Assembly (NCBI GenBank): GCA_013265495.1
Contig: MU061717.1
Coordinates: 1,984,001-2,048,000 of the forward strand
Length of the DNA: 64,000 bases
Source of the DNA: Vicugna vicugna
Lineage: Eukaryota
Direction of reading: 5' to 3'
Part shown: positions 1 to 13,700 of the stretch, in pieces
Numbering within the stretch: position 1 is the first letter of the stretch
Layout: each line of letters begins with the position of its first letter
Program-made: the position numbers and the translations under genes
The notes under the pieces: generated by a model
What the model was told of the DNA's origin: nothing
The model's input: the letters and a program-made list of their open reading frames with translations, nothing else
Database searches by the model: none

Positions 1-2234
1 AATCCCACTGCCTGGATTATGGTAGGGTGGTGACTTCACAGTCCATCCATGCCTTCTTCCTATTGCTCTGTCTCATGTCATGATAGCTGTCTTATAAGTC
101 GATTCATTGCTGATTCATCTCAGCTCTTCAGTTCCAGAGTGGCATGGTGTCCAAGAAGCAGTGACTGTTGTGTTGATGAGATCTTGGAATGATTTTCAGG
201 GTAAGAATCTGCTTAGCATTACAAAACATTCATTTTTGTGGAAAGAAATCTTGAGCAAGCCTAGGAATTTGACTAAAGTAACTTTTTTTGTTTCGTGTTA
301 AGCAGAGTGCACATTTGAAGTTCGTGTGACTGGTGTTGGGGAGAGTTATTACATGAACCGAGCTTTGGCCTCGTCTTCTGGAGTGACGGTAGTGAGCTTG
401 CGTTGCGCGGCAGCACCGCCGACTCGCAGAGCACCCGGAGCTCACTGCCGTGCTGGGCGATGGACAGTGCTGATATCCCCTCTCTCTCTTCATCCTGGCT
501 CACCCTATTTTCATACAGTTTCCAAGGCTAAGTAAGCATCAGTCAGGGACAAGGAAATGGCAGGCGAACTGAGTGGTAGTTCAGAATGACCAAACTGTTC
601 CCAAAATTCAAGAAAGTAATTGTTTCTCAAGTGCTATTAAGATTGAGCTGCCTTAGAGTCTGCACAACTCAGAAGTGATTAGCGGGGCTTTGTGGCTTTT
701 CTATTCTCTGATGGCTGGAGCTGGTTTCAAGCTCCAGAGTAAGTAGCAGGAGAGGGAGATAAGAGATGCTGAGGAGCCAGGGTGGCACCGGTCATCATTC
801 CACTACGAGGGAGAGCTGTGTCTGTGACCTGCCGTGGGGTCCACTCACTGAGTTACACTGGACTCTTGTGTGGTACGGTAACTTCACATGATTTCACTGA
901 AAGAGTTCGATCCCCATTGAAAGTGTGTGTTCCACTAGAACTCTTAAGACAGTTGCATAAGCCAGAAGTGGTTTATCCATTTCCTGGCTGATATCTAAGT
1001 TCTCTGGGTAACTTTACTCATGAGAGTTGAGATAGTAGAAGACAAACTCCAGTGGCATTGATGTATCAAGGCACCAGTTCTCTTTTGCTTCCCTGCCCCG
1101 GTGCAAGGTGGCTAGCTCATCATGGCTTTAGGCTTGCTGTCTACTGACAGCAGACTTGTTTTGATAATAAAATTGCTTTTAGGCTTGAGTTTCTGAAATC
1201 CGATCTTTTGTAATAGGCCTTGAGGAACATCATGAAAACATGTGATGTTAATGATGTGGCTGGGGGGTTCTTCAGCAAGGTGTGTGTGTATTTGTTGCTA
1301 GGGTTGAGAAGGCCATAGTACCAGCAAAGTGCCTGGCAGGGTGAAGTCGAAAGGAGCTAGTAGGCAAAATGATTGTTGAAGATCTGATTCTAGCATAGAT
1401 GGCAACATCCAGCTTAGAAATGATAGATATCCTATTGCCACCACCATGCTGGCCATTACTATGGGTTCTGATGTACAAAGAACCTGAGACTTTTTGGAGA
1501 ATTTGTGAATTCAGAGGTATAGAAGAAGGAAAGAAACTGTGAAAAATGGAAATAACTTTGGTAGACAGAGACTGTCACAAGGCAGGTCTAGCTTACAAGC
1601 ACAGTGAACTTTCTACCTAAAATGAGAAAGTAAATCTTCTCCTGCCTTACCTTGGACACCCACCTTTCATTATTTCACTCTACGTGATTGCACGGCTGTA
1701 TGTCACACACGTTAGGGACCCGTGTGGAGTAAGAGCACTATTGTGAATTATAGAGACAGTCATTTCTTTAACCTTTGTTTGAACATCTTCATTTAAGGGT
1801 TACCAGTCCTTCATCCGAAGGTGCTTTTAATCCGATTGCCTTCCTGATTCCTAAACTTGAGCAGTAAAACAGAGAGGCAGAAGTTTTGATTTGTAGGAGA
1901 GGAAGGGGAGGGAAAGAATCGTAGCTTTAGGAAGTGGAACACTTTGGAAGAGAGACAGGCTAGTTCTGTCGCTTCCTCAGGGATTTGGAGTAAGGTTAGT
2001 GTGAGGGCTGTGAGCACCGAGGCATCTGTGGAGACTAGGGGAGTGAAGGAGAGGTGCGTAAGTGGGGCTTTGTCAAAAAGTTTTGAAATGGGCAAAGTGT
2101 TTCTAGTTTTGCCAATAGAAAGATGGCACAGGCTTTTTTTTTTTTTTTTAAAGCATCCCAGTAGTGATAATATCAGGCCCACAGCAGGCTGAAAAGACAT
2201 TTGTGGGTCAGCTTTTAAACTTTAGCATTAATCG

Positions 2235-2760
2235 CAATGTAAAATGGCACAGGCACATTGGAAAATGACTTAGTTCCCTAAGATAATTAAAACATGTGTC
2301 CACAAAAAGACTTACTTGTGAATGTTCACAGCAGCATTATTCATAAGAGCCCCAAACCAGAAAGAATCCAAGTGTCATCATCCAGTGAAACAAACGGTGG
2401 TATATCCATACAACAGAATCCTGCTCAACAACTGCAAAAAGGACTGAGCTATGGGTATACACAACGGCACGCCTGAGTCTCAGAAACTCTGCGCCCAAAG
2501 TAATGAGACACAAAGGAGTACATACTGCATGAATCCATTTATATGAAGTTCTGGAGCTAGCAAAACTAGACTGTTTTTAGAGAGCAGATGAGTGGTTGTC
2601 TGGGGCTTGGCATGGGGGGATTATGCCAACGAAAGAATTTTTTTTCGGTCCTGGGGTTGTTCTATGTCTTGAGGTGGAATGATTACATGGTGAATATAAT
2701 TGTCAAAACACACTTAACTGCGCATTCTAAATGAGTGTATTTTAAATAAATTATACCTCA
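2235..2760 (+). mobile_element. Old L1 (L1MB-like) 3' end, ORF2 tail plus 3' UTR, degenerate
   Basis: Resembles L1 3' consensus blocks in sequence: aatgtaaaatggcacaggcacattggaaaa, aatgttcacagcagcattattcataagagccccaaac, catactgcatgaatccatttatatgaagttct, ending ataaattatacctca. Confidence 0.85.
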
Positions 2761-3789
2761 GAGTTGCTTTTTTAGAAGTATCTGTTAAAAAGTAGACATT
2801 TGTAGTGTTTCTTTAAAAATATTACTACTAATTATTACCTTGTTTCTGTAGACAGGTACTACTTTCTAAGTTTAAAAGACCAATTAAAAATGACTTTTTA
2901 GATTATCTGTATGAAATTGGGAATATCTGCACTTTTATATTATTGGTCCATTTTGATTCCTTCTAAACAGCCTTCTGGATTATGTGCTATTTTCAGAAAG
3001 CTTTTAGAGATTTTTTAAAGTGTATGTTTAAACAGGATTTTCCTGTAGATTTTTGGCAAACTTTGTACTTTATTGTTTGAAAAGCATAAATAACAACAGG
3101 ACAGAGTTATTTTCTGGCGCATTTTCCTCCTGTCCTGATGCTTCTATGTTAAATAACTCTTCAGTTCCTGTTGTTCCTGCTTTTGAACTTAGAAAAACAG
3201 ACTATCTCTCATCTACCTGAAATAAAGGGAAAACACAAAATACAGGAGAAACCTGGCAGGGCAAAGAGGCTGGTTTCCATTGGGCTATCACTGAAGACAA
3301 AAAACGAGGGAAGTTGATTTCCTGTGTGATGCACACACAGATATTTGAGGTTTACTGAACTACCCAAAATGTGTGTTCCTTCTAGCCTTCTTTGTTTCCT
3401 GCATTGATGGCTGGTTATTTGAAGAACTCATGGTTCAAGATCTCAAAATTTCAGAGCTATTATCTTGTCAAGGTAAACCTAAATTTGATGAAACCCAAAT
3501 TAAAGGAAATTGTCCGAATAAATCAGTATATTGTATGTTTGGCATGCAAAACATGAGTTGAAGTGGTTGAGGATGGGTTGTTGGATTTTCTAGGGGGTGA
3601 GTTCTGCTTGGAATCCAAGACCAAGCCCCGCTGTATTGCCTGACTGCTTATGGCCTAGAGTCGTCCTGTCCTCAGAGAAACAGATCAGATCACAGACAGT
3701 TCTAAGCTTCTTAAAGATCAGCTGTAGGCTTTTCTTAATACTGGTCACTAGGTTAAACCACTTCCCTTGGTTTAGGTAATAAGTAGAAA

Positions 3790-3978
3790 TTACACTAGAC
3801 TTTGAGTTTGACCCAGCACTGGCCAGCACTGTGACCTTCGGCAAGATAATTTATGTTTTGAGCCAGTTTCCTCATCTGTAAACTAGGGGTATCCACTTGA
3901 CAGAGTTTTCTGGAAAATGAGATAAAAGGGGGGCAGTGCTTGGCGTTGTGCCTGGCACATAATAGGCACTTGGTAAAC
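3790..3978 (+). mobile_element. MIR SINE
   Basis: MIR core tgtgaccttcggcaag...cagtttcctcatctgtaaa and 3' tail gtgcctggcacataataggcact. Confidence 0.85.
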
Positions 3979-5184
3979 CTGAGTTCATTTCCTTTCTTTG
4001 TTGGGTAGCTTCCTGGTTCTGGTCTGTATTACGTGCCTCTGACTGTATGTCCGGTAGCACCATACTCGTTTTATACAGTGCTTGAACCATGAGAGTGAGG
4101 CGAGGAGAGTTTGAGGCCATGTGCTGAATGTTTGTTAATTCCTTATACCTTCTGAAATGGAAGTGGGGCCCCTTCATTTCCTAGCCTGTGTTGTGCACCT
4201 TGCCTTCAGTATGCAGCCACGTGCCTGGAATTGCAGACAGCAGGCTGGGAGGCTGAGAGTAAATCTGATTGGCGAGGGTCATTACCTTGTGATTGCGGCG
4301 AGGAAGAGAGGTGGTGTGATGTGTGAATGGAGCTCGATGTGCTATTGAAATCATAACTCAGCAGATTCTTAAAAGAGAAAAAAAAAAGAAAGGGGAAAAA
4401 ATCCCCACCTTTGCAACAACATTTTCTTGATATGTTTCTGTGGACACTGTGACACCAGATAGAGATTTGGTGCATTTTGCTCCAACGTTTTACACTTGAG
4501 TCAGAGGAAACACTGACAGGCTAGTTCACTTCACACAAGGCAAGAAAAATTTTTGTGCCAGGGTAAAGCATTTGTAAAAAGCTTAATTATTAAATATATC
4601 ATCGGTGTTTCTGTTCTGAGTCTAATTCTGGTAGTCTGCATGTGGATAGCGAGCCAGTCCCCAGTTGTGGGTCTAGGCAATTGAAGAACGGAAGCAATTA
4701 TCCAGCTAATATAAAGAAATCTGCTAAGGAGGAAAGACAGGCGCCCCTCACCCTCTCATCAATTACTCCAAATTGGTGTTTATGGGGAATTAAAGTCTTT
4801 GAAAATTGCCGCTCTCTTCCTTTGTCTGTTAGTGCCATCATCAGAGGCCTCAAGCGAAAGCCCTGGGAGTATTTCGGCCTCTTCTCTAAGTCGGGCTGTT
4901 GATCTGCCTGTTAAACACCCTCTTGGGTTGGGTAGGGGATGCTTCAGTGGTGCTTCCAGGCCAGGATTGGTTTTAGTTCCAGGAAATTAGTTGACCCTTA
5001 AGATATAATATATTGCAAAAATATGCCCACCCCAATTTGCCAACCAGCGTTTACTATGCCGGAAATTACGCTGTGGTGGCCTACAGATGTCTGGTATTAA
5101 AAGTAAGGTATGTCTTGTTTCCAACATGGACTGGTCAGGGGGACTTTCGGCTCATGTAGGGAGCATCGTGCAGGAATGTTGCAG

Positions 5185-5400
5185 AACCAGCACTGGATTA
5201 GGGGCCAAGGGTGTGGAGCCTAGTCACAGACTCCCACCTTGTAGCTGTATATCATTTTCCAGGCCTCTCACCTGTTCTGGGCCTCACTTTTCTCATCTGT
5301 AGAGTGTGATGGTAGTAGTTTACTTTCCAGCAAACCTTCTAGGGTTTTTATCAAAAAAAATAAATGTGATGTTTATAATGATACATTATAAATGAAGACA
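5185..5400 (+). mobile_element. MIR SINE, diverged
   Basis: Core-like ctgggcctcacttttctcatctgtagagtgtgatggtagtag followed by agggtttttatc and an A-rich tail. Confidence 0.6.
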
Positions 5401-8248
5401 CATCACAAAGCACTCTTGTGCTTTGATGTGAGATGTTATTGTAGGTAAATTCCATGACTTGGTTTCAGGGCTCACGTTGGAGCAACAGCATTTGAAGTCT
5501 TCTGAGAGCATGCAAGTAATTGGAAAGCTTCAGTTGCCCTTTGAGGAGGCTCTTTTAGGACCACTCAGTATTCCCCAGGGCAGACTCATCTCTATGAATA
5601 TCATGACTGGACTTTCTTTGGCTTTCTTTTTCCATTGTTTAATCCTCTTAGCTTTGTCCTGTATTTTCAAGCTTTGGGAATAATGGGAAAACTGGAAGGT
5701 TTTTACAAAGAGTGAAAATAAGTCGAAAGACCCCTGTAAAGAGAAAAGAGGTTCTTTAAAAATGGGCAGTGGTAATTTAAACATTTCTTTTTTCAGAAGC
5801 AACAGACTCAGGAACAGAGTTAAGAAAAAAAAAATTGAAGTCAACACCCAGCACTTCCCTTTCTTTACTTAGTGAAACATATGGTGGAGACAGATTTTGT
5901 CTCTGTCACCGATCACCTGTCGGTGTGCCATTGGCACCACTGGCTCATTTAAAAGTCTCAGTGACGTATTAGAAGCCTAATGGCGCTCTGTTTTATTTTT
6001 TCATCCTGCAGGACATGATGAAGTTAATTCCTTTTCAACTCTCTGAGACATGGCCACTTTTACAAAACAGGAAAATGAAAGGACTCCTAAAAGTGGGACA
6101 CAGAATATCCAGTTTGCAGAGTAGACAGTATAGGCCTGTGCTCGGCTGGAGGACGGAAGGCTGGCCATGGGTTTCATTTAAGAACTCAAGGTAAAAGGAC
6201 CAGGTGGAAAGTGTAGGGAACACCTTCAGGGAAATAAATGCCAAAGGGGCTGATTATTATTAGAAAACATGGAAATGGCTGGGCCTTGTGGACCGGGGTC
6301 CAAGTGCCCTGGTCTTTAAGGAGATGGCGTGAGTGCCTGGCCTCTCTGAGGTCTGCACCGAAGGAGTCCCTCTTCCTGCCTTGCTCATGGCTCCCCTATC
6401 CCTGCCCACTGCCTTCAGAGTAGCGAAATATGTTTACTCTTCAAGGAGCTGAGAAAAAGGCAGACAGCCGAGGAAGAGACTAATAATTAGGCCTCTTTGG
6501 AAGGTGTGAGACAAATTGGCAGCAGGGCTGCCCGGGAAAGCACAATGGGTCTTTGTTAGCAACTCAGAACAGTAGAGAGCCCGGTGTCCCAGAGCATCAG
6601 GCTTCTGTAGCTGTGGGAGCCTGGCCCTGCCTGTGCCAAGCCAGGCTGTCTAACTGGACCACTGGTACACACGAGTGTTTCTTCTTCTCTGCCTGTCTCC
6701 CTCCAGAGCATCTATTTGTTTCTGTTACTGCAGTATTCAGAGCTGACCCACTCCCCCAGCCCCCACCCCTCCTTTGGCTTCTTTCATCCTTCTTGAAGGA
6801 AGGCTGGGAAGCAGCTGCTGGCATGTGCGGTGGGCAGTGCTGCATGCTGGCTGTCGGAGGATGTCTGTAGGAGTAGAAGCTGCCCCTCCTCGGCCCCTTC
6901 CCCTTGGCTTTTGATCCCTTCTGCCTCCCAACTGCCAATGGGTTCAGTCCCCTGCCTTTGTCCAGGCGCTGGACACAGCACCACCTCCTTGGCTTCCCTT
7001 CCCCGTTTGGAAGCCAAGGTCATCCCTCCAGCTGGGGAACTGCCAGTTTCTTGTGCACACCACTGGCTTGGTGGGAAGATAAGGGTGGGGCTTCTGACCG
7101 CTGATCGTGGGGGGAGTTGGCCAGGGTGCATGTGTTGTGCCATTGTTGGTCATCTGTAAGGGAACTGCAGGGACAAGTGTCTAGAATTAGATCCAGTGCT
7201 CCAGGACCCCCATTCCTTTTTCCATTTAGACTTTTCTCAACAGAAGCTCCTTTTCGCCTGATTAACTGTAACAAACTCTCTTTGGAGTTTTGTGTTTTGG
7301 AATCCACGTTGCCAAAGGAGAATCATTATGTCTGTTGTAAAAGCCTCTGATAAATCCCTTCTAGTATAAATGGAGGCGAAAGAATAGAAGGCTTTAATCT
7401 TTTGCCTTGCCTATTAGTGAAATGCTACTGAGTGACCTAGTTCATCTGCATATTAAATGTGCTAGACCTATCTCTGCTTTTTTCTCTTACTTGTTACCTT
7501 GGAAACGATGCCCTGGCTCAGAAATTGCTTAAGGCCTGCTGCAAATCTTCAGCATGGCTTCTTCACGCTGAGAAGGCAGTTAATGGGGAAAGGTTGGATT
7601 TTTCCAAAAACGTCTCCAGTGGTTCGTAGAGAAGAGAGGAAGGAGAAAAAGTGAGAGAGATTTTATTCTTGGAATAGTTCCAGGATACTACTTTTAAATT
7701 AACTGCAAGCGGTTTTATCTAGATTTCAAAGGAAAATCTGAGTCTGGCCTCCGATGCCTTGAGACTGCTTTTAAAGAACTTCCCTGATGCCTTTGGCAGC
7801 ACCAGCACATGGGAAGACAGCTACCAATTGACACTGCATTCCAGTCCTACCACTAGGGAATCTCGCCTCTCACTGCTTTGTTTAAAGCACCGTTCTTCCA
7901 GATTGTTTTGTGGCCTCTTAGTTTCTCAGGCCAACTTGTTCAGGAGACTGAGAAGCAAGATTTGAAAATAAGGTTCAGTCAGCAGCCAGAGAGCAAAACT
8001 TGCTCGTTGTCCAAGCTGAATCTGGAGGCTGCATGTCATGGTGCAGCAGTGAACTCTCACTATCTTCTACAGCCTTACCAGCCAGGTGAGGAGACCTCCC
8101 AAAGCATGCCTCTCTTGTGGGCCAAGTCTGGACTGAAAATCAGATTTCTTGACTCCAAGTGTAGGGCTCTTTCAGCATCAGTCCTGACCTATTAGAGGTA
8201 AAGGCATGTGAAGGAAGTGTAAGAGGAATGCTCTTCTCTTGAGTGAAG

Positions 8249-8273
8249 CCAGCCACCAGCCACCAGCCACCAG
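8249..8273. repeat. Short tandem repeat (CCAGCCA) x3.5
   Basis: Read directly: ccagcca ccagcca ccagcca ccag. Confidence 0.9.
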
Positions 8274-8756
8274 TCAACTTGGGAAACTGGAATGGAGAGG
8301 CATGGTGTCCTCAAATTCTAACTCTCCTCTTCTTGGTATTTGCTGTTAATAGAAGGAATTAGATCCATTCTGGATCCGTGGGTGCTCTGAGGATAAGTTG
8401 TCCAAAGTGTGCCTTGTCATTCAGGGCACATTCGGTTCTCTTGGTACCTCCAACTTTCTGAAGTCCTGTATGTCTTGCTTCACAGCCGCCATGGACCCCT
8501 AGTACGAGGAGACAAGATGTCCTTTAGGCTTTTTTCTTGAAAACTTGGGATATGGACAAGTTAGCCTGAGGCAATCACAGCATCTTTAAAAAGAGACTTT
8601 AAGCTAGGAAATCGTTTTTTTCGCTAGGACACAGGATTCTGGACATTGGTCATTGACTTTGAACTGGAAAGTCTGCAGGTAAAAGGGAAAACCGTGTGTA
8701 CTTTCTGCTGTGTCTGTTCCTTGTTGATAAATGTTTTCTTACCCGCTGCTTATTTG

Positions 8757-8855
8757 TGCATTCAGCAGTTACTGAGCTTGTATTAAGGACCACATACCAT
8801 GCAGATGCTTGGGAGGCAGGTCTGAGTGTTATACATCATCTCTGGCTTCAGAAAT
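8757..8855 (-). mobile_element. L2 3' end fragment
   Basis: cattcagcagttactgagc...gatgcttgggag...catctctggcttcaga resembles the reverse complement of the L2 3' terminus. Confidence 0.45.
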
Positions 8856-9244
8856 ACTTAGACATATGCCTGTTCAGTAACTGGAAAACTTTAAAAAAAA
8901 GACATGAGCATTTTGACTGCTTACATTTAATGTGAAGCATTGAATAACTTTTTGTAAGATGGTAGTAGTTCAAACATCCTTATTATACGAAAAATAATTC
9001 AGAAGGTCTTTAGAAGGTCTCACTTCTCATTTTCCTCAAAACAAGTCAGGTGCCAGAGGGTATACGGAGTTCCACAGCCTTTTGGCTCAGGGGGTTGTTT
9101 AAGAGGGGAAGGTGGGGGCAGGGAGGAAGGTGGGGGGGGAGCTGTGGCCAGGAACGGTAGCGTCCCTGAGTCTGCCTGTGTGTAAATACCACAAAGACCT
9201 GTGACTGTGCAGTGGGTGGGAAAGGGCGTGGGGAAGCAGTGCAT

Positions 9245-9478
9245 AATAGCGATATTCCGTGCACTTTACTGTAACACCTGCCAAGACCCGGGCCCCTATA
9301 GGCACTTTATATGTATCCTCTCACTTATTTCTCTCAACAACCCCGTGATGGTGGTCTGGTTACCTATTTCCATATCGCTGATGAGGACACTGATGCTGTG
9401 AGGACACCAACATGGACAGGCTCTATGGCAGCGTGGTGGAGCAGACCTTAAATCTGGGGCTCTGCTGTCCAAGCCCAC
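9245..9478 (-). mobile_element. MIR SINE
   Basis: Reverse-strand MIR blocks: ggcactttatatgtatcctctcacttatttctctcaacaaccccgtga and tatcgctgatgaggacactgatgct. Confidence 0.75.
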
Positions 9479-12400
9479 CTTGCCTTGTCAGGACCATGCG
9501 GCTAACTTTTTTCCTCCTTTTACTCATTAAAATGGGATCTCTGTGGTCCCTAAAGGGGAAACAATCTGAAGGAAAATTGTATTAGAGTGTCAAGAGTAAA
9601 AGTGAGAATCAAGGACCAAACTGGTAAAAGGAAGTAGAAGTTAAAGGAATCACATCCATAGCTTTGACTTCCAACTCACTTTGCCTTAATTACGTTATTT
9701 CAGTTGAGCTGAATTTGGGTTAGGGTTGGGGGGGGCATGGTGGGAGGAGGAGTCCGTGAGTTCTGGATAAATACAATATTCCGTGTTCTAGGTGTCAGTA
9801 GGTCTGCCCCTCTTTTTGTACGGTACCAAGAAGTGTGTTTTGCTTTCGTCTCACGTAGGGACTTCATAATTAACGGCAGTAATTTGGCCTCTTTGGCTGC
9901 CATGCACACTTCTCTTCATTCTAGGGACTGTGCTTTGATACAGTAAAGCCAACATAATCCCTGCCTTCAGAGAGTTTGCAGGGGATGCATGATTACAATA
10001 TAGTGGGATTAGTGCTGGGGAGGCACCGATAAACATAGTGTGAATTCATATTTAAACTTTATTGATGTGGAAAATAAGCCAATGGAAAGATATTTTGGAC
10101 TTCATTTTACAAGGAGCTTGAGGAACTCCTGGAAAAATTGTTTTGCCATTAAGACTTGGGATTTTAAGTTGTGATTTAGTGTTGATCATGGCGAGATTCT
10201 TGTCAGTGAGGCTTCTGTTCAGATCTGTGTGTGGCAGGTCAGCATATGGTGGTTGCCTTCCTGCATTTACTGTCAGAGTTGCAAGCAAGTCTCTTCATAC
10301 TTTTCCATCTTATTTTCTTTGTTAGTGCATGTGTAGGGTGCATTTATTTTCCTTGCAGGTTTGCGTGAATGCGATCCTAGATAGCATCACAATTTGAACC
10401 AGGTTTTAGTGATAATCACTCAAGGCATCTGAGACATCCTGGTCAGCAGTTGAGTTTTTCCCTATTGGGCCCCTGAGGAACCTCAGCTTCTAGTCAGTTT
10501 TGTGAAAAATAGTATAATTTGGTTTCATGCGGCAGGTCTCTTAGGCAGAAATCACATTTATAGGCAAATTTACTGGCTGCGCAGGTTACTTTGAAATATT
10601 TTCAGTGCTTTAAAAAAGATTCAGAAAGTCAGTGGAGCTGAAGGCAAAGGGAAAGAATTATATTTTTCTTTTTAATGTGCAGCAAAATATGCACTAATGA
10701 TGCAGTTACAGTCTATGAAGTTAATACAATAAATACAAAAGTTAATCCATTTTGGACTTTATTGTGTTGTCCTTGTTTGTGGAGTAATGTAATTGGGACT
10801 GAGTAATTAATACCCTACAGAGGGATTAGCAGTAAGATGGAGATAAAAGAACAAGGAGAAAAGAACCGAGTTGTCTAGAAGACGGGAGTTTAGAAAGTGC
10901 TGAGGCATAGAAATTCCAGAGGGTGATTTTTAGCTTTCCTGACTCTAATTATACACATTAACATCTACTAGGGACCACCAGCTGGGGAATGCAGGTAAAA
11001 CGTGTCAGAAATGATGGAGTTCCGAGATGAATCAGAAAGAATGCTGTTCCAGCCAAGCCTCCGGCCTTTGCCATGTTATCAAAGGCTTTCTCATCTCCGT
11101 AATTTACATGGTTTTGTTATTTTTGTTATGAAAATATCTTTTTGGTCATTATTTCATCTACACAAATCTTAGAAAACCAAGAGGAGTTCCCCCGAACGAG
11201 TACTTGGCTTTGTATCAGAGCGCGGTGGGCCTCTCAGGGCCGACGGATTGTTCTGGTTCATTTTTCTTGCCCCTTTTGTTGGCTTTGGAGTGTTTGATGG
11301 TCAGCCTGTGCTTCCAGATTGAAGTCGTTAACTTTGACCCAAATGAAAGGGATCTGAGAAGAGAAGGAGGCAGTAGAGGGGAGAAAGTGGAGATAGAGCT
11401 GGAATTCCTTGTTTTCCACAGAAATAATTGCACTGGGAAAAAACTTTAGGAACCAGATTAGGTGAGCTTTGTCCTTCTCGGCTCCTGCCCCAGGCAGCAG
11501 GGAGAAAGTTCTTTCCATATACTTGGCTGACATTGTAAATTCTCTCAAGTGGCAGGCAGGTTTCTCCTTTTTGAATTGAAAAATAGGCTTCCGTATTAAA
11601 TTAGTAAAAATTCTGTGGTTTGGCTTTGAAATCAAATCATTTGTTCATAGGTGAATTGGACATGATTTTTAGTTTGCTTTTCATTGTTTGTCGTCAAGTG
11701 TTGTTCATCTTGGCCTTTTTGGCTGTCGTCTTGGCGTTTATGGGTCTGCTCTCTTTGTCTCCTCTACTCTGCTCTGGGCAGCTTTGTCCAGGTTGGTGGT
11801 CGTGCTGTCCGCCGCTGCTCTGCGCAGGAAGTCTGGAGCAGGTACAGATGGGGCTTCTGGCCTGCCCTGGAGAGTCTGAGCCCAGGGTGATTTTACCCTC
11901 AAAATCTTTCCACAGTTGACATCAGCGTCAGGGAGGTCAGCGAGACAGCTCAGCCTCACTGGACCTGAGCAGTCTGGGCCAGGTGGTGTTTCCATGGGCC
12001 GTTTTCTGGGTCAGATGGACTTGTCTGCAGAGCCAGCATCCTCAGCCCCCATCTGCATGAGCCCGGTCCTAGTGGGTGGTCACTACCTGTAATATTTCTC
12101 AGAGACCTCTGCGTGTAAAGCCTACATCTCAACGTGTATGTTTGCAACTGTGGTGGGCAAGAGCTTATTTTTCTTACAAAGGGTGATGGAAATTTGTTTC
12201 AACTAGTGTTTCTATTTTCTCTGGGCAAAGAGGTAATTTTTTTTTTCCTCCTTGAGAAAAGCCTGGAGGGAATCACGAATACAAAAAATGCTGTTGCATA
12301 CTGTTAAAATGTCACAGAGCAGATATCCTAGCCAGGCATCACATAGACATATAACTTCTTTTAAAGGATGATCTAAACTTTATCCTTTAGGATTTATAGG

Positions 12401-13344
12401 TTTTTCTTTTTTAAAAACAATGTTTACCTGGCCTCTAAATACAAATGTATGAACAATTTTACATAAATTCTCACATAAAACTTCACATAATGGTCACATC
12501 CAAATTATTTTCCTTTTTTTTTTCCTTTTATGTCTGTCTTTCACATTGTTTATGAAGGTCTGACTTGAATAAACATAACCTTGGGAACTTTTGCTTTCTG
12601 TAGATAAGCCTGAATGTTGTACTGATGCTGCATAAAATAGCTAGGATTAGAAGAACTCTTGAAAAGCAGAATTGGTAATGGGGAGTGATAGCTGTGTGTG
12701 AAAGCTTTAATGTTGAAATACATTCTTGTAACGCAATTTTCTTGTCCTCCTTGTTATCTTACAATTTCAGTGGGAAAACTAATAACAATGTTATTTCAAA
12801 GAAGTGGTTAAAAAAATAATCAAATTTAACAGAAAATGGAGTTCTGGCCTTTGGTTAAACATTCAATTACTCAAACTTCTCTCTCAATGTCTCTCTCCCG
12901 TCTGTTTTTTTTTTTTTAAGACAGAACCACGAATCCTTTTTTGCATAGTTTCAGGGGTTGGTATTAACTCTTCCTTAGGCTACTGTTGGTTCAGGGATCC
13001 AAAGGTTTCACTTGCTCCTGGTTCAGGTGTGAAATGCTGCACTAGGGTAGGTTTGCGGAGGTTTGAGAATTTATCTTCTTCCTCCGATTGAGTTTATGGT
13101 GGGTGTGACAGAGGAAGAGGAACTTGCATGAAGATGCTGGAGAATGCCAAGATGAAGCCAGGAGTGTGGAGGGACTAGAACCAGCTCTGGCCCCCTGGAG
13201 AATGCCATACCACTGTGATGTTATGTGACAGTTGATGGTGCCCTTTCGGGGGACCTGGGGAAGCAGCTGTTCTGCTTCGGCAGCTTTATGGGGGAGGAAA
13301 GCCACCCCTCCTCCCCCCGCCGCCCAGCACATCTCCTTGTTTTC

Positions 13345-13700
13345 TGGACATTCATAACCGTATCAGGGATATACCGAGGACAGTGTGGTATGATGTAGGG
13401 CATACACAGATGGAAAACAGACCATCCTCATCCCCTAGTTGCTTTCAGCTGGTGGGTGTGTCGGGGGAGGTGAGCCTTAAGGATGTGCTATATTCGGATT
13501 AGAGGAAGGGATTCCTGAGATGATCGGAGGAGGTGAGATCTTGCACCAGATCTGGAAGGAAGGAGGTGCCACTATCCACCTGAGAAACTGGTACAGAAAC
13601 AATTTGCTGTTTCTTCCGTAGTCTGATGGGTCCATGACAGAGGGAAGGGCTCCCTTGCTCAAAGGGAGGACTTGGGAAGAGTGTCCGGGTGCGGGTGGAG
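13345..13700 (-). mobile_element. L2 3' region, diverged
   Basis: Begins with an L2-tail-like cattcata...tagggcatacacagatggaaaacagaccatcctcatcccc, then the purine-rich ggaggtgagatcttgcaccagatctggaagga block typical of antisense L2. Confidence 0.5.

Noticed and set aside
2123-2254. 11-bp direct repeat atggcacaggc flanking a T16-led 110-bp segment (possible retrocopy with TSD)
   Set aside because: The right copy is part of the L1MB sequence itself, the junction lacks the endonuclease signature, there is no poly(A) signal, and such matches are expected by chance at this spacing.
11620-11919. 99-aa ORF with a hydrophobic, transmembrane-like stretch (VLFILAFLAVVLAFMGLLSLSPLL)
   Set aside because: It starts at a non-ATG codon, T-rich sequence naturally encodes hydrophobic residues, and I recognise no homologue. 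The overlapping minus-strand ORF is also unrecognisable.
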